Made by a program: the position numbers and the translations under genes
Virus record (IMG/VR): IMGVR_UViG_3300013004_000122
Span: 1 to 31,393 of that record
Source of the DNA: a virus
Lineage: Duplodnaviria; Caudoviricetes
DNA: 31,393 bases
Strand: one strand, 5' to 3'
Part shown: positions 17,568-25,680 of the stretch, one piece after another
Layout of the letters: every line of letters starts with the position of its first letter
How positions within the stretch are numbered: position 1 is the stretch's first letter
Notes under the pieces: model-generated
What the model was told of the DNA's origin: nothing
Database searches by the model: none
Seen by the model: the letters and a program-made list of their open reading frames with translations, nothing else

Positions 17568-18058
17568 TGAGCAACATTAAATCCACAAAACCAACTAGTA
17601 AGAGTGGTTTCCGTCAAGGTTATTATGTTCTGAATAATCCTGAGAAATATGTAGGTGATCCCACAAAAATCATCTACAGATCTTCATGGGAATATAGGTT
17701 TTGTAAGTATTGTGATGATTCTTCTAATGTACTTAAATGGTCTTCTGAACCGTATCCTATAAAATATATAAGTCCTGTTGATCATAAACAACATGATTAT
17801 TACATAGACTTTTATATGAGATTAAAGAAAGACGATATTGAAGTAGATTATTTAGTAGAGGTTAAACCCGAGGGCTCCTTAAAGAAACCTGTGTTTGAAG
17901 GTATTCAGACAATGCAAAAGTTAAAGAACTTTAATTATGCAGCAAAAACTTTTCTTGTTAACACTGCTAAGTTTGCTTCGGCTAAACAACACGCAGAATC
18001 TATTGGTTATAAATTTGTTATTGTAACTGAAGAGTTTTTATTTAAAAATGCACGATGA
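17567..18058 (+). CDS. gp4: Head completion nuclease (T4 gp4-like, TnsA-type PD-(D/E)XK)
   Basis: NPEKYVGDPTKIIYRSSWE, WSSEPYPIKYISPVD, YYIDF, LVEVKP, FVIVTE. Confidence 0.87.
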   Translation: MSNIKSTKPTSKSGFRQGYYVLNNPEKYVGDPTKIIYRSSWEYRFCKYCDDSSNVLKWSSEPYPIKYISPVDHKQHDYYIDFYMRLKKDDIEVDYLVEVKPEGSLKKPVFEGIQTMQKLKNFNYAAKTFLVNTAKFASAKQHAESIGYKFVIVTEEFLFKNAR

Positions 18059-18798
18059 ATAACGAAAAAACATTTCTTGACTTATATCAAGATGAAAAGA
18101 ACAAAGATGTTTTAAGAAAAGAAGCATTTACATATTTTCAAGATAAGTATGTCAAGGATCCGTTTTCAGATTATTGGATCATTGAGCAACAAGAAAGATT
18201 TAAAGCAAAAAGACTTAAGTTTTTTATACCTGGGAGAGTTTATACATTTTCATACAACCCTCACGGTAGTAATATCTTGAATTTTTATGATAAACGGCCA
18301 ATGGCATTAATTATCGGGCAATACGTATCACAAACAACAGGATATAACATAGTTCAAGGTATTAACTTAAACTTTTTACCAGAAGTGGCAAAAGCATTAT
18401 TTTTAGATACTATGATGAGTTCATTTGGTAAAGCTTATGAAGAAGCTGATCAGATGAGTGATAAAGATCAAGTTGCTTTAATGCAATCTATCAGTGGAAT
18501 AATAACAAATTGGTATTTTATGACTACCACTTTTGATAAAAGAGCAAAAATTGGTTTACAATTTGCGGTTCGTAATTACGACATTGCAAGAATGACACAA
18601 CCAGTTTTAATTGAAATGGAAGATTTTGCTATGATTCCTTATTTTGTTCCGAAAGAATTTGTAGGAAAATCACCAGCATTCATATATCAGCTATATCTTA
18701 AATCAAAAAATGAAATTATTAATAGAAGTGCAGCTAAAAACACAAATGATGTTAGAGCAAAACAACAACAAAAGAAATACAAAAAGCCAGGTGGCTAA
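18055..18798 (+). CDS. gp2: DNA end protector protein (T4 gp2-like)
   Basis: PGRVYTFSYNP...FYDKRPMALII...GINLNFLP; adjacent to gp4. Confidence 0.68.
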   Translation: MNNEKTFLDLYQDEKNKDVLRKEAFTYFQDKYVKDPFSDYWIIEQQERFKAKRLKFFIPGRVYTFSYNPHGSNILNFYDKRPMALIIGQYVSQTTGYNIVQGINLNFLPEVAKALFLDTMMSSFGKAYEEADQMSDKDQVALMQSISGIITNWYFMTTTFDKRAKIGLQFAVRNYDIARMTQPVLIEMEDFAMIPYFVPKEFVGKSPAFIYQLYLKSKNEIINRSAAKNTNDVRAKQQQKKYKKPGG

Positions 18799-18994
18799 TA
18801 AAGAATATATACTTAATAATCCTAAAAAGAAACCTGTCTTGCAGTATGACATGAATGGCAACCTCATACGTGAATGGCCTTCAGTATCATCAGCTAAAAG
18901 AGAATTAAAGATATTTCATATAGATGCATGTTGCAGAGGAATAAGAAATCATGCAGGTGGGTTTAAGTGGATATATAAAGAAATCAATAACTAA
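18791..18994 (+). pseudogene. Isolated NUMOD1/IENR1-type DNA-binding domain, probable homing endonuclease remnant
   Basis: KKPVLQYDMNGNLIREWPSVSSAKRELKIFHIDACCRGIRNHAGGFKWIYK; no nuclease domain. Possible GTG start at 18791. Confidence 0.65.
18970..18977 (+). promoter_or_regulatory. Putative late promoter (GATATATA) for the portal gene; second copy GAATATATA at 18803-18811
   Basis: Recurrent motif, 34 nt before the portal ATG. Confidence 0.5.
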
Positions 18995-19011
18995 AACTAA
19001 AACAATTAAAA

Positions 19012-20628
19012 ATGGCCGGCTTTATCGATCGTGTTGGAGTTAACCCTATATTTGGTCAACTTTCAAAAAGTCTAAAAAATCTTGCAAACCTCGGCATGAG
19101 GTATGAAGACATGGTTATTCGACAGTCAAGAGCTGTCGGTGTAACTGAAGCAGAATTTGGTAATCAAGGTTATCTTCCTGAAGAATTTTTATATTCACTT
19201 GCATTATCCGATGTAGGTTCTAAAAAGTTTATTGCATTTTTCGATAAGGATTATAAATCGCGCAGAGAATATCTCCGTAAGTTTGCAATGAACGGAGAAA
19301 TTGAGTTTATTCTTGATACGTTATCTGATGAATCAATTGTTTATGACGAAGGCAACTATTTTGCTAAACCTGACAATGCAAAAGTAAAAGAGATTCTTTC
19401 CCCTGATACTCTTGAAGGTATCGTTGAAGATATCAATACAGAATATAAAAAGATTTATACTCACTTCCACTTTAATGAAGGCCATGATGGCTGGGGGTAC
19501 TTTAGGCAATTCCTGATTGACGGATTTCTTGCTTTTGAGATTATTTTTGACCCAGATGGCAAAAACATCGTTGGATTTAAAGAACTTGACGCAACATCAC
19601 TTCGTCCTGGTGTAGAAAAAGGCGGAGATGGTAATTACAAAAAGATCTGGGTACAGTACGAAGATATTCCTTCAATGAAACGAGTACTTCTTGACTCACA
19701 GATTATTTACATCTCTTACGCAAAAGGAAACTTTACATCTCGTGTATCTTATGTAGAAAGATTGGTTCGTAGCTTTAACTTGTTACGTATCATGGAAAAC
19801 TCAAGAATTATTTGGAATATCATGAACTCTTCATTCCGTATGAAGATGGTTGTTCCGATTGGTACTAAATCACCTCAGAAAGCTAAAGAATCTTTAGCTG
19901 AAATGATGGCAATTTATAAAGAAGATATTTCTCTTAACTATGAATCAGGAGAACTTGCAGTAAATGGTCAGCCTTCAATGCAATTCTATAAAAACTACTT
20001 GTTCCCATCTAAAAATGGTGAGCAACCTGATATCTCGGTAATTGGTGGTGAAGGTTACGATCTTAGCGATACTGATATTGTTAAATACTTCAAGATTAAA
20101 CTTCAAGAAGATTCTAAAATTCCATTTTCAAGATTTGACCAAGATAGCGGAGGCGGAACAATTAATATGTCTGCTGATAGTACGAATCGTGATGAAATTC
20201 GTTTTGCCAAATTTGTTAATCGTTTAAGATCAATCTTTCAAGAAATTCTTCTTAAACCTCTGTTTATTCAAATAGGACTTAAATATCCTGAATTAGCAGA
20301 AGATGAGTTGTTTAAATCTACTCTTGCATTATCTTTTAATAAGGATAACGTATTCGAGGAAATGAAAAACATGGAGATTACTGAAAAACGATTACAATTA
20401 GTAACATCATTAATGGGAGTTATGACAAAACGCAAAGATGCTAGTGGCATGGACGTAGATGTTCCTTACTTCAATCCGCAATTCGTAATTGAGAAATATC
20501 TTAAATTAGATCCAGCTGACATTAAAGAAAATGATCGCTTAAATGCACAAAAAGAAATTGAGGATCTTGCATACATGAAGAAGCAACAAGATCTACAGGC
20601 AAGCCAAGAAGGCGGTGCTGCATTCTAA
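19012..20628 (+). CDS. gp20: Portal vertex protein (T4 gp20-like)
   Basis: FRQFLIDG, SYVERLVRSFNLLRIMENSRIIW, KNYLFP, SKIPFSRF, RDEIRFAKFVNRLRSIF. Confidence 0.92.
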   Translation: MAGFIDRVGVNPIFGQLSKSLKNLANLGMRYEDMVIRQSRAVGVTEAEFGNQGYLPEEFLYSLALSDVGSKKFIAFFDKDYKSRREYLRKFAMNGEIEFILDTLSDESIVYDEGNYFAKPDNAKVKEILSPDTLEGIVEDINTEYKKIYTHFHFNEGHDGWGYFRQFLIDGFLAFEIIFDPDGKNIVGFKELDATSLRPGVEKGGDGNYKKIWVQYEDIPSMKRVLLDSQIIYISYAKGNFTSRVSYVERLVRSFNLLRIMENSRIIWNIMNSSFRMKMVVPIGTKSPQKAKESLAEMMAIYKEDISLNYESGELAVNGQPSMQFYKNYLFPSKNGEQPDISVIGGEGYDLSDTDIVKYFKIKLQEDSKIPFSRFDQDSGGGTINMSADSTNRDEIRFAKFVNRLRSIFQEILLKPLFIQIGLKYPELAEDELFKSTLALSFNKDNVFEEMKNMEITEKRLQLVTSLMGVMTKRKDASGMDVDVPYFNPQFVIEKYLKLDPADIKENDRLNAQKEIEDLAYMKKQQDLQASQEGGAAF

Positions 20629-20648
20629 ATCAAATCAACTTAAATACT

Positions 20649-20683
20649 AAAGTTCCGGAGGTTAAAACTTCGGAACTTTTTTT
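20649..20683 (+). terminator. Rho-independent terminator after portal
   Basis: AAAGTTCCGGAG-GTTAAAA-CTTCGGAACTTT (one G-U pair) followed by TTTT. Confidence 0.78.
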
Positions 20684-20693
20684 GTATATAAAC
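20665..20693 (+). promoter_or_regulatory. Putative middle-type promoter (AAC-N18-TATAA) overlapping the terminator
   Basis: AAACTT...GTATATAAAC; AAC ends at 20668, TATAA starts at 20687. Confidence 0.55.
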
Positions 20694-20706
20694 AATAAAT
20701 TACATT

Positions 20707-21273
20707 ATGATTGATATAGGAAATTGGACTATATGTTCAGATAGCAGTTCACCAATGACACCTATTATATTAGAAGGAGAATTTGACAAAGAAGAGTTAT
20801 CAAGAATTAAAACTATTCTTACTGATGTTAAACTAACTGATTTTAAGAATGATGACCTATCATTTAAATCTTGCTGGATAAATTACACAAATGATACTGC
20901 TTGGCTTTATGGCAGACTTGCTAAGATTTTTGAATATGCAAATAATGCCTATAAGTTTTCGGATCTTTTAATGATTGAAAAGATTGCTTACTTTGAGTTT
21001 AATGAAAACGATCATCATGATTGGCACACTGATCTTGACATGGGTATTCCATTTTCTTCAAGGCGTTTAGGTGCTATAGTTAACCTATCTGCGTCAGATG
21101 ATTACCGTGGAGGGAATCTAGAGTTTATGACAAGTAATAAACCGTACTCGGTTAGCAGAGTCATTGGAACGACTTCTATAAGCCCATCTTATCTATTGAG
21201 AAAATTTGAGCAGGTTACCTCAGGAAAGAAAAGAATTTTAGTTGCCTGGATAAACAGCCCAACTCCCGTATAA
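20707..21273 (+). CDS. 2OG-Fe(II) oxygenase-like protein (PKHD-type), possibly inactive
   Basis: DWHTD, RRLGAIVNLS..DDYRGGNLEF, PSYLLRK..QVTSGKKRILVAW. The usual distal His is replaced by Arg. Confidence 0.75.
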   Translation: MIDIGNWTICSDSSSPMTPIILEGEFDKEELSRIKTILTDVKLTDFKNDDLSFKSCWINYTNDTAWLYGRLAKIFEYANNAYKFSDLLMIEKIAYFEFNENDHHDWHTDLDMGIPFSSRRLGAIVNLSASDDYRGGNLEFMTSNKPYSVSRVIGTTSISPSYLLRKFEQVTSGKKRILVAWINSPTPV

Positions 21274-21274
21274 A

Positions 21275-21353
21275 TTGTTAATAACTTTATGAAAAAAAGT
21301 TGCCCAAAAATTTGCTATTGTGGATTTAATTGGTTAATTTTGTATTATAATTA
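21275..21353 (+). promoter_or_regulatory. Early promoter, Bacteroidota sigma-A type (TTTG-N20-TAATTTTG) with upstream TTGTTAATAACTTT box
   Basis: TTTG at 21311-21314 and TAATTTTG at 21335-21342; the whole architecture is repeated at 23942-24010. Confidence 0.7.
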
Positions 21354-21364
21354 ATCAAACAAAT

Positions 21365-21628
21365 ATGGAAAAACATTCAATTTTAGAAAATCTTTTTCAG
21401 TCAGCCCCTGAAGTAAATGTTTATGAATACGTTCTTGAAGATGGTGATGAGTTATCATTATCAGAACTAAAAATTCTAAATGAACTGGGATACGTTTATC
21501 ATTCAGAACAAACAGACATCGATTTTGATGATAACGACGAATTTGGGCTGCCTACTACTCGTTATATGAACATCTATTATTTTTCTAAAGCAAGTGAAAA
21601 TGTTCATGAAAATCAATTCGTTTATTAA
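21365..21628 (+). CDS. Hypothetical small acidic early protein
   Basis: 87-aa ORF directly after the early-type promoter, with an A-rich leader. Confidence 0.65.
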   Translation: MEKHSILENLFQSAPEVNVYEYVLEDGDELSLSELKILNELGYVYHSEQTDIDFDDNDEFGLPTTRYMNIYYFSKASENVHENQFVY

Positions 21629-21640
21629 AAAATAAAAAAT

Positions 21641-22315
21641 ATGCACTATTTATCAATCGATATCGAAACCACAGGTCTCGACAGAAAAAACTGTCAAATT
21701 CTTTCAGTAGCTGCTATCATTGAAGATACCACAAAGAAACTTCCTTTTTCAGAAATCCCTAAATTCCACGTTGCTATTAAGAGACCGTCTATTAGCGGAG
21801 ATATGTATGCAATTAATCTGAACCGTGATTTAATTGAAGCAATCGTTCGTTACCAAACTGCAAAAACGCAGGATGAGAAAAATGATTTGGTTCAAATGAC
21901 AGGAATGGAATTTCTTGAAGAAGACCAAGTAGTCGAAGCGCTATTTCAATTCTGTTATGATAATGGATTAGTTGAGTTTGATCCAGAGTACTTAGCTAAA
22001 ACTTCTCACCTTGTAAATGGAAAACGTTACCCTATGTTAACATCAAAAATGCCAGGTGTACACATTACATGTGCTGGTAAAAACTTTGGTACTTTTGATA
22101 AAATCTTTTTGGAAAGGCTGCCAAGATGGAAACAAGTTTTTAGAATCCGCCAAAGAATCATCGATCCAACTGTCTTATTTACAGATTGGGCAAACGATGA
22201 ATCTTTACCAAGTTTATCTGACTGTAAGAAACGAGCTGGTTTATCTGAAATCGTTACTCACAACGCAGTTGAAGATGCCTGGGATGTAATTGAACTTTTA
22301 AGAAAACACTATTAA
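21641..22315 (+). CDS. DEDDh 3'-5' exonuclease (DnaQ/oligoribonuclease-like)
   Basis: SIDIETTGLD (Exo I), GKNFGTFDKIFL (Exo II), HNAVEDAWD (Exo III). Confidence 0.85.
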   Translation: MHYLSIDIETTGLDRKNCQILSVAAIIEDTTKKLPFSEIPKFHVAIKRPSISGDMYAINLNRDLIEAIVRYQTAKTQDEKNDLVQMTGMEFLEEDQVVEALFQFCYDNGLVEFDPEYLAKTSHLVNGKRYPMLTSKMPGVHITCAGKNFGTFDKIFLERLPRWKQVFRIRQRIIDPTVLFTDWANDESLPSLSDCKKRAGLSEIVTHNAVEDAWDVIELLRKHY

Positions 22316-22320
22316 CCCAA

Positions 22321-22349
22321 GAACTAAGTATACTTTTTTGAATATAAAC
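22321..22349 (+). promoter_or_regulatory. Putative middle-type promoter (AAC-N18-TATAA)
   Basis: GAACTAAGTATACTTTTTTGAATATAAAC. Confidence 0.6.
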
Positions 22350-22364
22350 AATAAAATAAACCGA

Positions 22365-23312
22365 ATGTCACAATTATTTACTGAGAAATTTCGTCCAAAG
22401 AATCTAGAGCAAATGATCCTTCCTGATAGGATTCGCAAATCAATAGGAACAGGTGAATTACACCAAAACTATTTGTTTTATGGATCACCAGGTCTAGGAA
22501 AAACGTCGTTGGCAAAAGTGCTTGCTAACAACTACCCTTACTTATACATTAACGTTTCCGATGAAAGCTCAGTAGATGTAATTCGTGAAAAGATTACCAA
22601 TTGGTGCTCGACTATTAGTTTACTTGATGGTGCTGAAAGATTTAAGGTTGTAGTGCTTGATGAGATGGACGGCGCTTCTGACCAATTCTATAAAGCACTT
22701 CGTGCAACTATCGAAAAATTTGCTGATACTGCTCGTTTTATTGGTACTTGTAATTACATTAATAAAGTTCCAGATCCAGTGCAATCTCGTTTTACTTGCA
22801 TTAACTTTGACTTCTTAAGTAAAGAAGAAGAGAAAGAAGTAATGGTTGAGTTTATTAAAAGATCTTGGGCAATCTTTAAAGCAGCTGGTATTGAAATTGA
22901 AAAAGATGCAATTGTTGAGTTTGTAAAAAGAAATTTTCCTGACATGCGTTCAATTGTAAACAAGATTCAAACATTTTATGTTCAAGGTGTAAAGAAAATT
23001 AATCCTGAAGATGTTAAGAAACTTAATTATTCATTTCGTGATATTTTTGAGATAGCTTGTAAAACTGGTGATGCTCAAGAAAACTACAAGTTCTTAATGA
23101 CAAACTATGGAAGTAAAGTTGATGATGTTCTTCATTCATTAGGAAACGATTTACCTGAATATATTCGTGATAATCATTCAACAAAAGTTGCTAAGGTGCC
23201 GCAAATTCTAATTAAAGTTGCCCATTACCAATCGCAAAGAATACATGTAATCGACCCTTGTATTTCAATGGTTGCTTGTGTGTTTGAATTACAAATGATT
23301 TTAAATTCATAA
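22365..23312 (+). CDS. gp44: Clamp loader ATPase subunit (T4 gp44 / RFC small subunit-like)
   Basis: TEKFRP, Walker A GSPGLGKTS, VLDEMD, CNYINKV, SRF, FPDMR. Start moved to the ATG at 22365 because the TTG at 22338 lies inside the promoter motif. Confidence 0.9.
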   Translation: MSQLFTEKFRPKNLEQMILPDRIRKSIGTGELHQNYLFYGSPGLGKTSLAKVLANNYPYLYINVSDESSVDVIREKITNWCSTISLLDGAERFKVVVLDEMDGASDQFYKALRATIEKFADTARFIGTCNYINKVPDPVQSRFTCINFDFLSKEEEKEVMVEFIKRSWAIFKAAGIEIEKDAIVEFVKRNFPDMRSIVNKIQTFYVQGVKKINPEDVKKLNYSFRDIFEIACKTGDAQENYKFLMTNYGSKVDDVLHSLGNDLPEYIRDNHSTKVAKVPQILIKVAHYQSQRIHVIDPCISMVACVFELQMILNS

Positions 23313-23314
23313 AG

Positions 23315-23728
23315 ATGCAAACGGCTGAAGATTTTTTACATCATGCTTATGAACTAGGTATTTATAAAAAAGTTTTAGGAAAGATGGTAGATATTCAAAA
23401 AACTCACAAGTTTCAGAGTGTTAACGAATCCGTAGAGTTTGCTTATCATTTAATAACTAAAGAAATGGAACTATACACAACAGAATCCAGAGAATGGAAA
23501 TCAGCTCTGGTAAAACAAACAAAATACACTCCAGATACTATGGAGTTAATTATTGAATTTAACAACGGTAAGAAGTATCTTTACAAAAATTTTACTGAAG
23601 AACAATACCAAGCATTCTGTAATGCAGAATCTCAAGGTAAATATTTTCTATCAGAAATTCGTAAAAAGTATAAAGATACTGAAGACGTAATAAAACTTGA
23701 AACAGATGAACAGAGTACAGGATCTTAA
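23315..23728 (+). CDS. KTSC domain protein with N-terminal extension
   Basis: SALVKQTKYTPDTMELIIEFNNGKKYLYKNFTEEQYQAFCNAESQGKYFLSEIR. Confidence 0.8.
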   Translation: MQTAEDFLHHAYELGIYKKVLGKMVDIQKTHKFQSVNESVEFAYHLITKEMELYTTESREWKSALVKQTKYTPDTMELIIEFNNGKKYLYKNFTEEQYQAFCNAESQGKYFLSEIRKKYKDTEDVIKLETDEQSTGS

Positions 23729-23948
23729 GAATCACATTGCCTCTAAATATCCTAAACTTGCTATCAAGAAATTTGACATAGCAAAAATTGGAGCAAGAAT
23801 TTACATTTACTTTGTAGATCTTGGTGGCAACTTACAAAGAGAACAACTATTCCGAGGTGCTTTACCAATGGTGAATGAAGTTCCTGTTCTTAAACAGCAG
23901 TTAGATTTAAACATCAAAAACGTAATGCAAAAGTGGAACTTTTGTTAA
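23697..23948 (+). CDS. Hypothetical protein
   Basis: ORF overlapping the KTSC gene end; the true start may be the ATG at 23706. Confidence 0.6.
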   Translation: MKQMNRVQDLKNHIASKYPKLAIKKFDIAKIGARIYIYFVDLGGNLQREQLFRGALPMVNEVPVLKQQLDLNIKNVMQKWNFC

Positions 23949-24010
23949 TAACTTTTGTTAAATAAATTTGCTACTCTCAACTATTATGGTTAATTTTATA
24001 CTATAATTAA
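23942..24010 (+). promoter_or_regulatory. Early promoter, Bacteroidota sigma-A type (TTTG-N20-TAATTTTA) with TTGTTAATAACTTT box
   Basis: TTTG at 23967-23970 and TAATTTTA at 23991-23998; near copy of 21275-21353. Confidence 0.65.
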
Positions 24011-24030
24011 AAAACAAAAAAAACAATATT

Positions 24031-25143
24031 ATGGCAGGATTAAACTTGATCTTCGATGGCAACTATTTATTCTACAAAACCCTGTTTATCTTCAGTGGTT
24101 ATTCATCAGGCAAAAGATTACTTGAAGATGAAAAAGATCAGGCAATGTTCATGCGAAAAATTGCTACTGACATGTCCCATGCAATCCGTTCTTTCGGTAA
24201 TCCTGATAGAATAGTATTTACTATCGATTCAAGATCATGGAGAAAAGATATTGAAATTGAGGACGGCGCATACAAAGGTACTCGTACTAAGGATGAGACT
24301 ACTGTAGATTGGGATACTTTCTACAAATGCATGAATGAGTTTGGTTTAATCCTTCGCAAAAAAGGAATTATCGTTTCAAAAGAAGAACGCGCTGAAGGCG
24401 ATGATCTTATGTATCTTTGGGCAGATCGTTTCTTTCAGGCCGGCGAAGACAGCGTAATCATTACAGGAGATAAGGATTTGACTCAATGTATTCGCATGAA
24501 TGACAAAAACTTTGTAGTGGTTTATAATCCAAATTCAAAAAGCCGCAAGATCGTAGCTCCATACGGTTTTGCTAAATGGCTAAGATCTGAGGACTATGAT
24601 TTATTCGATGCTTCTACTTTTATGAATCGTAGTAAAGATTTAATCGCTGAAGCATTGGGTGCTATTGAAATCCAAGAGATTGACCCTGCTTATCTTATAT
24701 TCGAAAAGGTAATCATTGGCGATGCCGGTGATGCAGTACCGCCAATCTGGACATGGGAAAACAAGGGAAAAACATTCCGAGTTACTCCATCAAAAGCAGA
24801 AAGAATCTATGAAATCGTTAATCGTACAAAATTCGTTGATGATGTATATGATCTTCCCAATCGTGCAACAGAAATTGCAAATGGCATCTTAGCTGCTTGT
24901 AAGCAAACTGCACCAGCCGAGGTTATCAAATCAAGATTAACTCGTAACTTACTTTTGGTTTATCTTGATGATCGCACAATCCCAACAGATATTCAAGAGA
25001 AATTTACTGAAGCATTTGCTAAATCAAAAGACAAGTTCTTATCAGCTGCTAATTATGATATGAATTACTTGTTAGCAGAAACTCGTTTTATTTCAGCTGG
25101 CAAAACTTTTGAGGCAGATATCTTTAAACAATTTGATATCTAA
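24031..25143 (+). CDS. rnh: 5'-3' exonuclease / flap endonuclease (T4 RNase H-like)
   Basis: LIFDGN, DSRSWRK, YKGTR, AEGDDL, IITGDKDLTQ, IIGDAGDAVP. Confidence 0.88.
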   Translation: MAGLNLIFDGNYLFYKTLFIFSGYSSGKRLLEDEKDQAMFMRKIATDMSHAIRSFGNPDRIVFTIDSRSWRKDIEIEDGAYKGTRTKDETTVDWDTFYKCMNEFGLILRKKGIIVSKEERAEGDDLMYLWADRFFQAGEDSVIITGDKDLTQCIRMNDKNFVVVYNPNSKSRKIVAPYGFAKWLRSEDYDLFDASTFMNRSKDLIAEALGAIEIQEIDPAYLIFEKVIIGDAGDAVPPIWTWENKGKTFRVTPSKAERIYEIVNRTKFVDDVYDLPNRATEIANGILAACKQTAPAEVIKSRLTRNLLLVYLDDRTIPTDIQEKFTEAFAKSKDKFLSAANYDMNYLLAETRFISAGKTFEADIFKQFDI

Positions 25144-25162
25144 AAGTTTAATAGAGGATGGA

Positions 25163-25190
25163 AAACTATCTTACCTATGGCAAATATAAT
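25163..25190 (+). promoter_or_regulatory. Putative middle-type promoter (AAC-N18-TATAA)
   Basis: AAACTATC...AAATATAAT; AAC ends at 25166, TATAA starts at 25185. Confidence 0.5.
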
Positions 25191-25226
25191 CAATAAATTA
25201 CAATACATCTAAAGTCATCTAAATAC

Positions 25227-25634
25227 ATGGAATTATTTGCGCTAATCAATACAATGTTTAAACCCGAGGAGTTTAAGAAAGTTAAAATGCATGAAAGAGC
25301 TAAACATTTTTTCATGGTGTCAAGATTTGCCTCTATCAAGTTTCCTGTTCAAGCTTCTTATTTTAATCACATTAAAATTAATCCGGCGCAAGCAGTTACT
25401 TTTTGGCAAGAGCTTTGGAGTAAAACATACAACAGAACACCAAACTGGATGTATGTTAAAACTGCAAAGGCAAAAGCTGAAAAGAAAGCTAAGCAGCCAT
25501 TCACCGATGAATTCATAAAAATCTACTGTGAAAAATTCCAAATGTCTCGTAGAGATTTTGATGAATCTTTAGAAATCATAGGTGATAGCTTTATTTTTGA
25601 GGTAAAACAAATTGAGGCAATGATATCACAATAA
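25227..25634 (+). CDS. Probable clamp loader small subunit (gp62-like)
   Basis: LFALINTM...FMVSRFAS...PNWMYVK...IKIYCEKFQMSRRD pattern and size resemble gp62. Confidence 0.5.
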   Translation: MELFALINTMFKPEEFKKVKMHERAKHFFMVSRFASIKFPVQASYFNHIKINPAQAVTFWQELWSKTYNRTPNWMYVKTAKAKAEKKAKQPFTDEFIKIYCEKFQMSRRDFDESLEIIGDSFIFEVKQIEAMISQ

Positions 25635-25651
25635 TCACCGCTAAGATCGGT

Positions 25652-25660
25652 GAATATATA
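25652..25660 (+). promoter_or_regulatory. Putative late promoter (GAATATATA)
   Basis: Recurrent motif before the neck-terminase block; overlaps the hairpin TCACCG-CTAAGAT-CGGTGA (25635-25653). Confidence 0.55.
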
Positions 25661-25680
25661 AAGAAAAATATAGACACTGG

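Noticed and set aside
22338-22364. TTG start of the clamp loader given in the track
   Set aside because: It overlaps the promoter motif; the ATG at 22365 gives the normal N-terminus (MSQLFTEKFRP).
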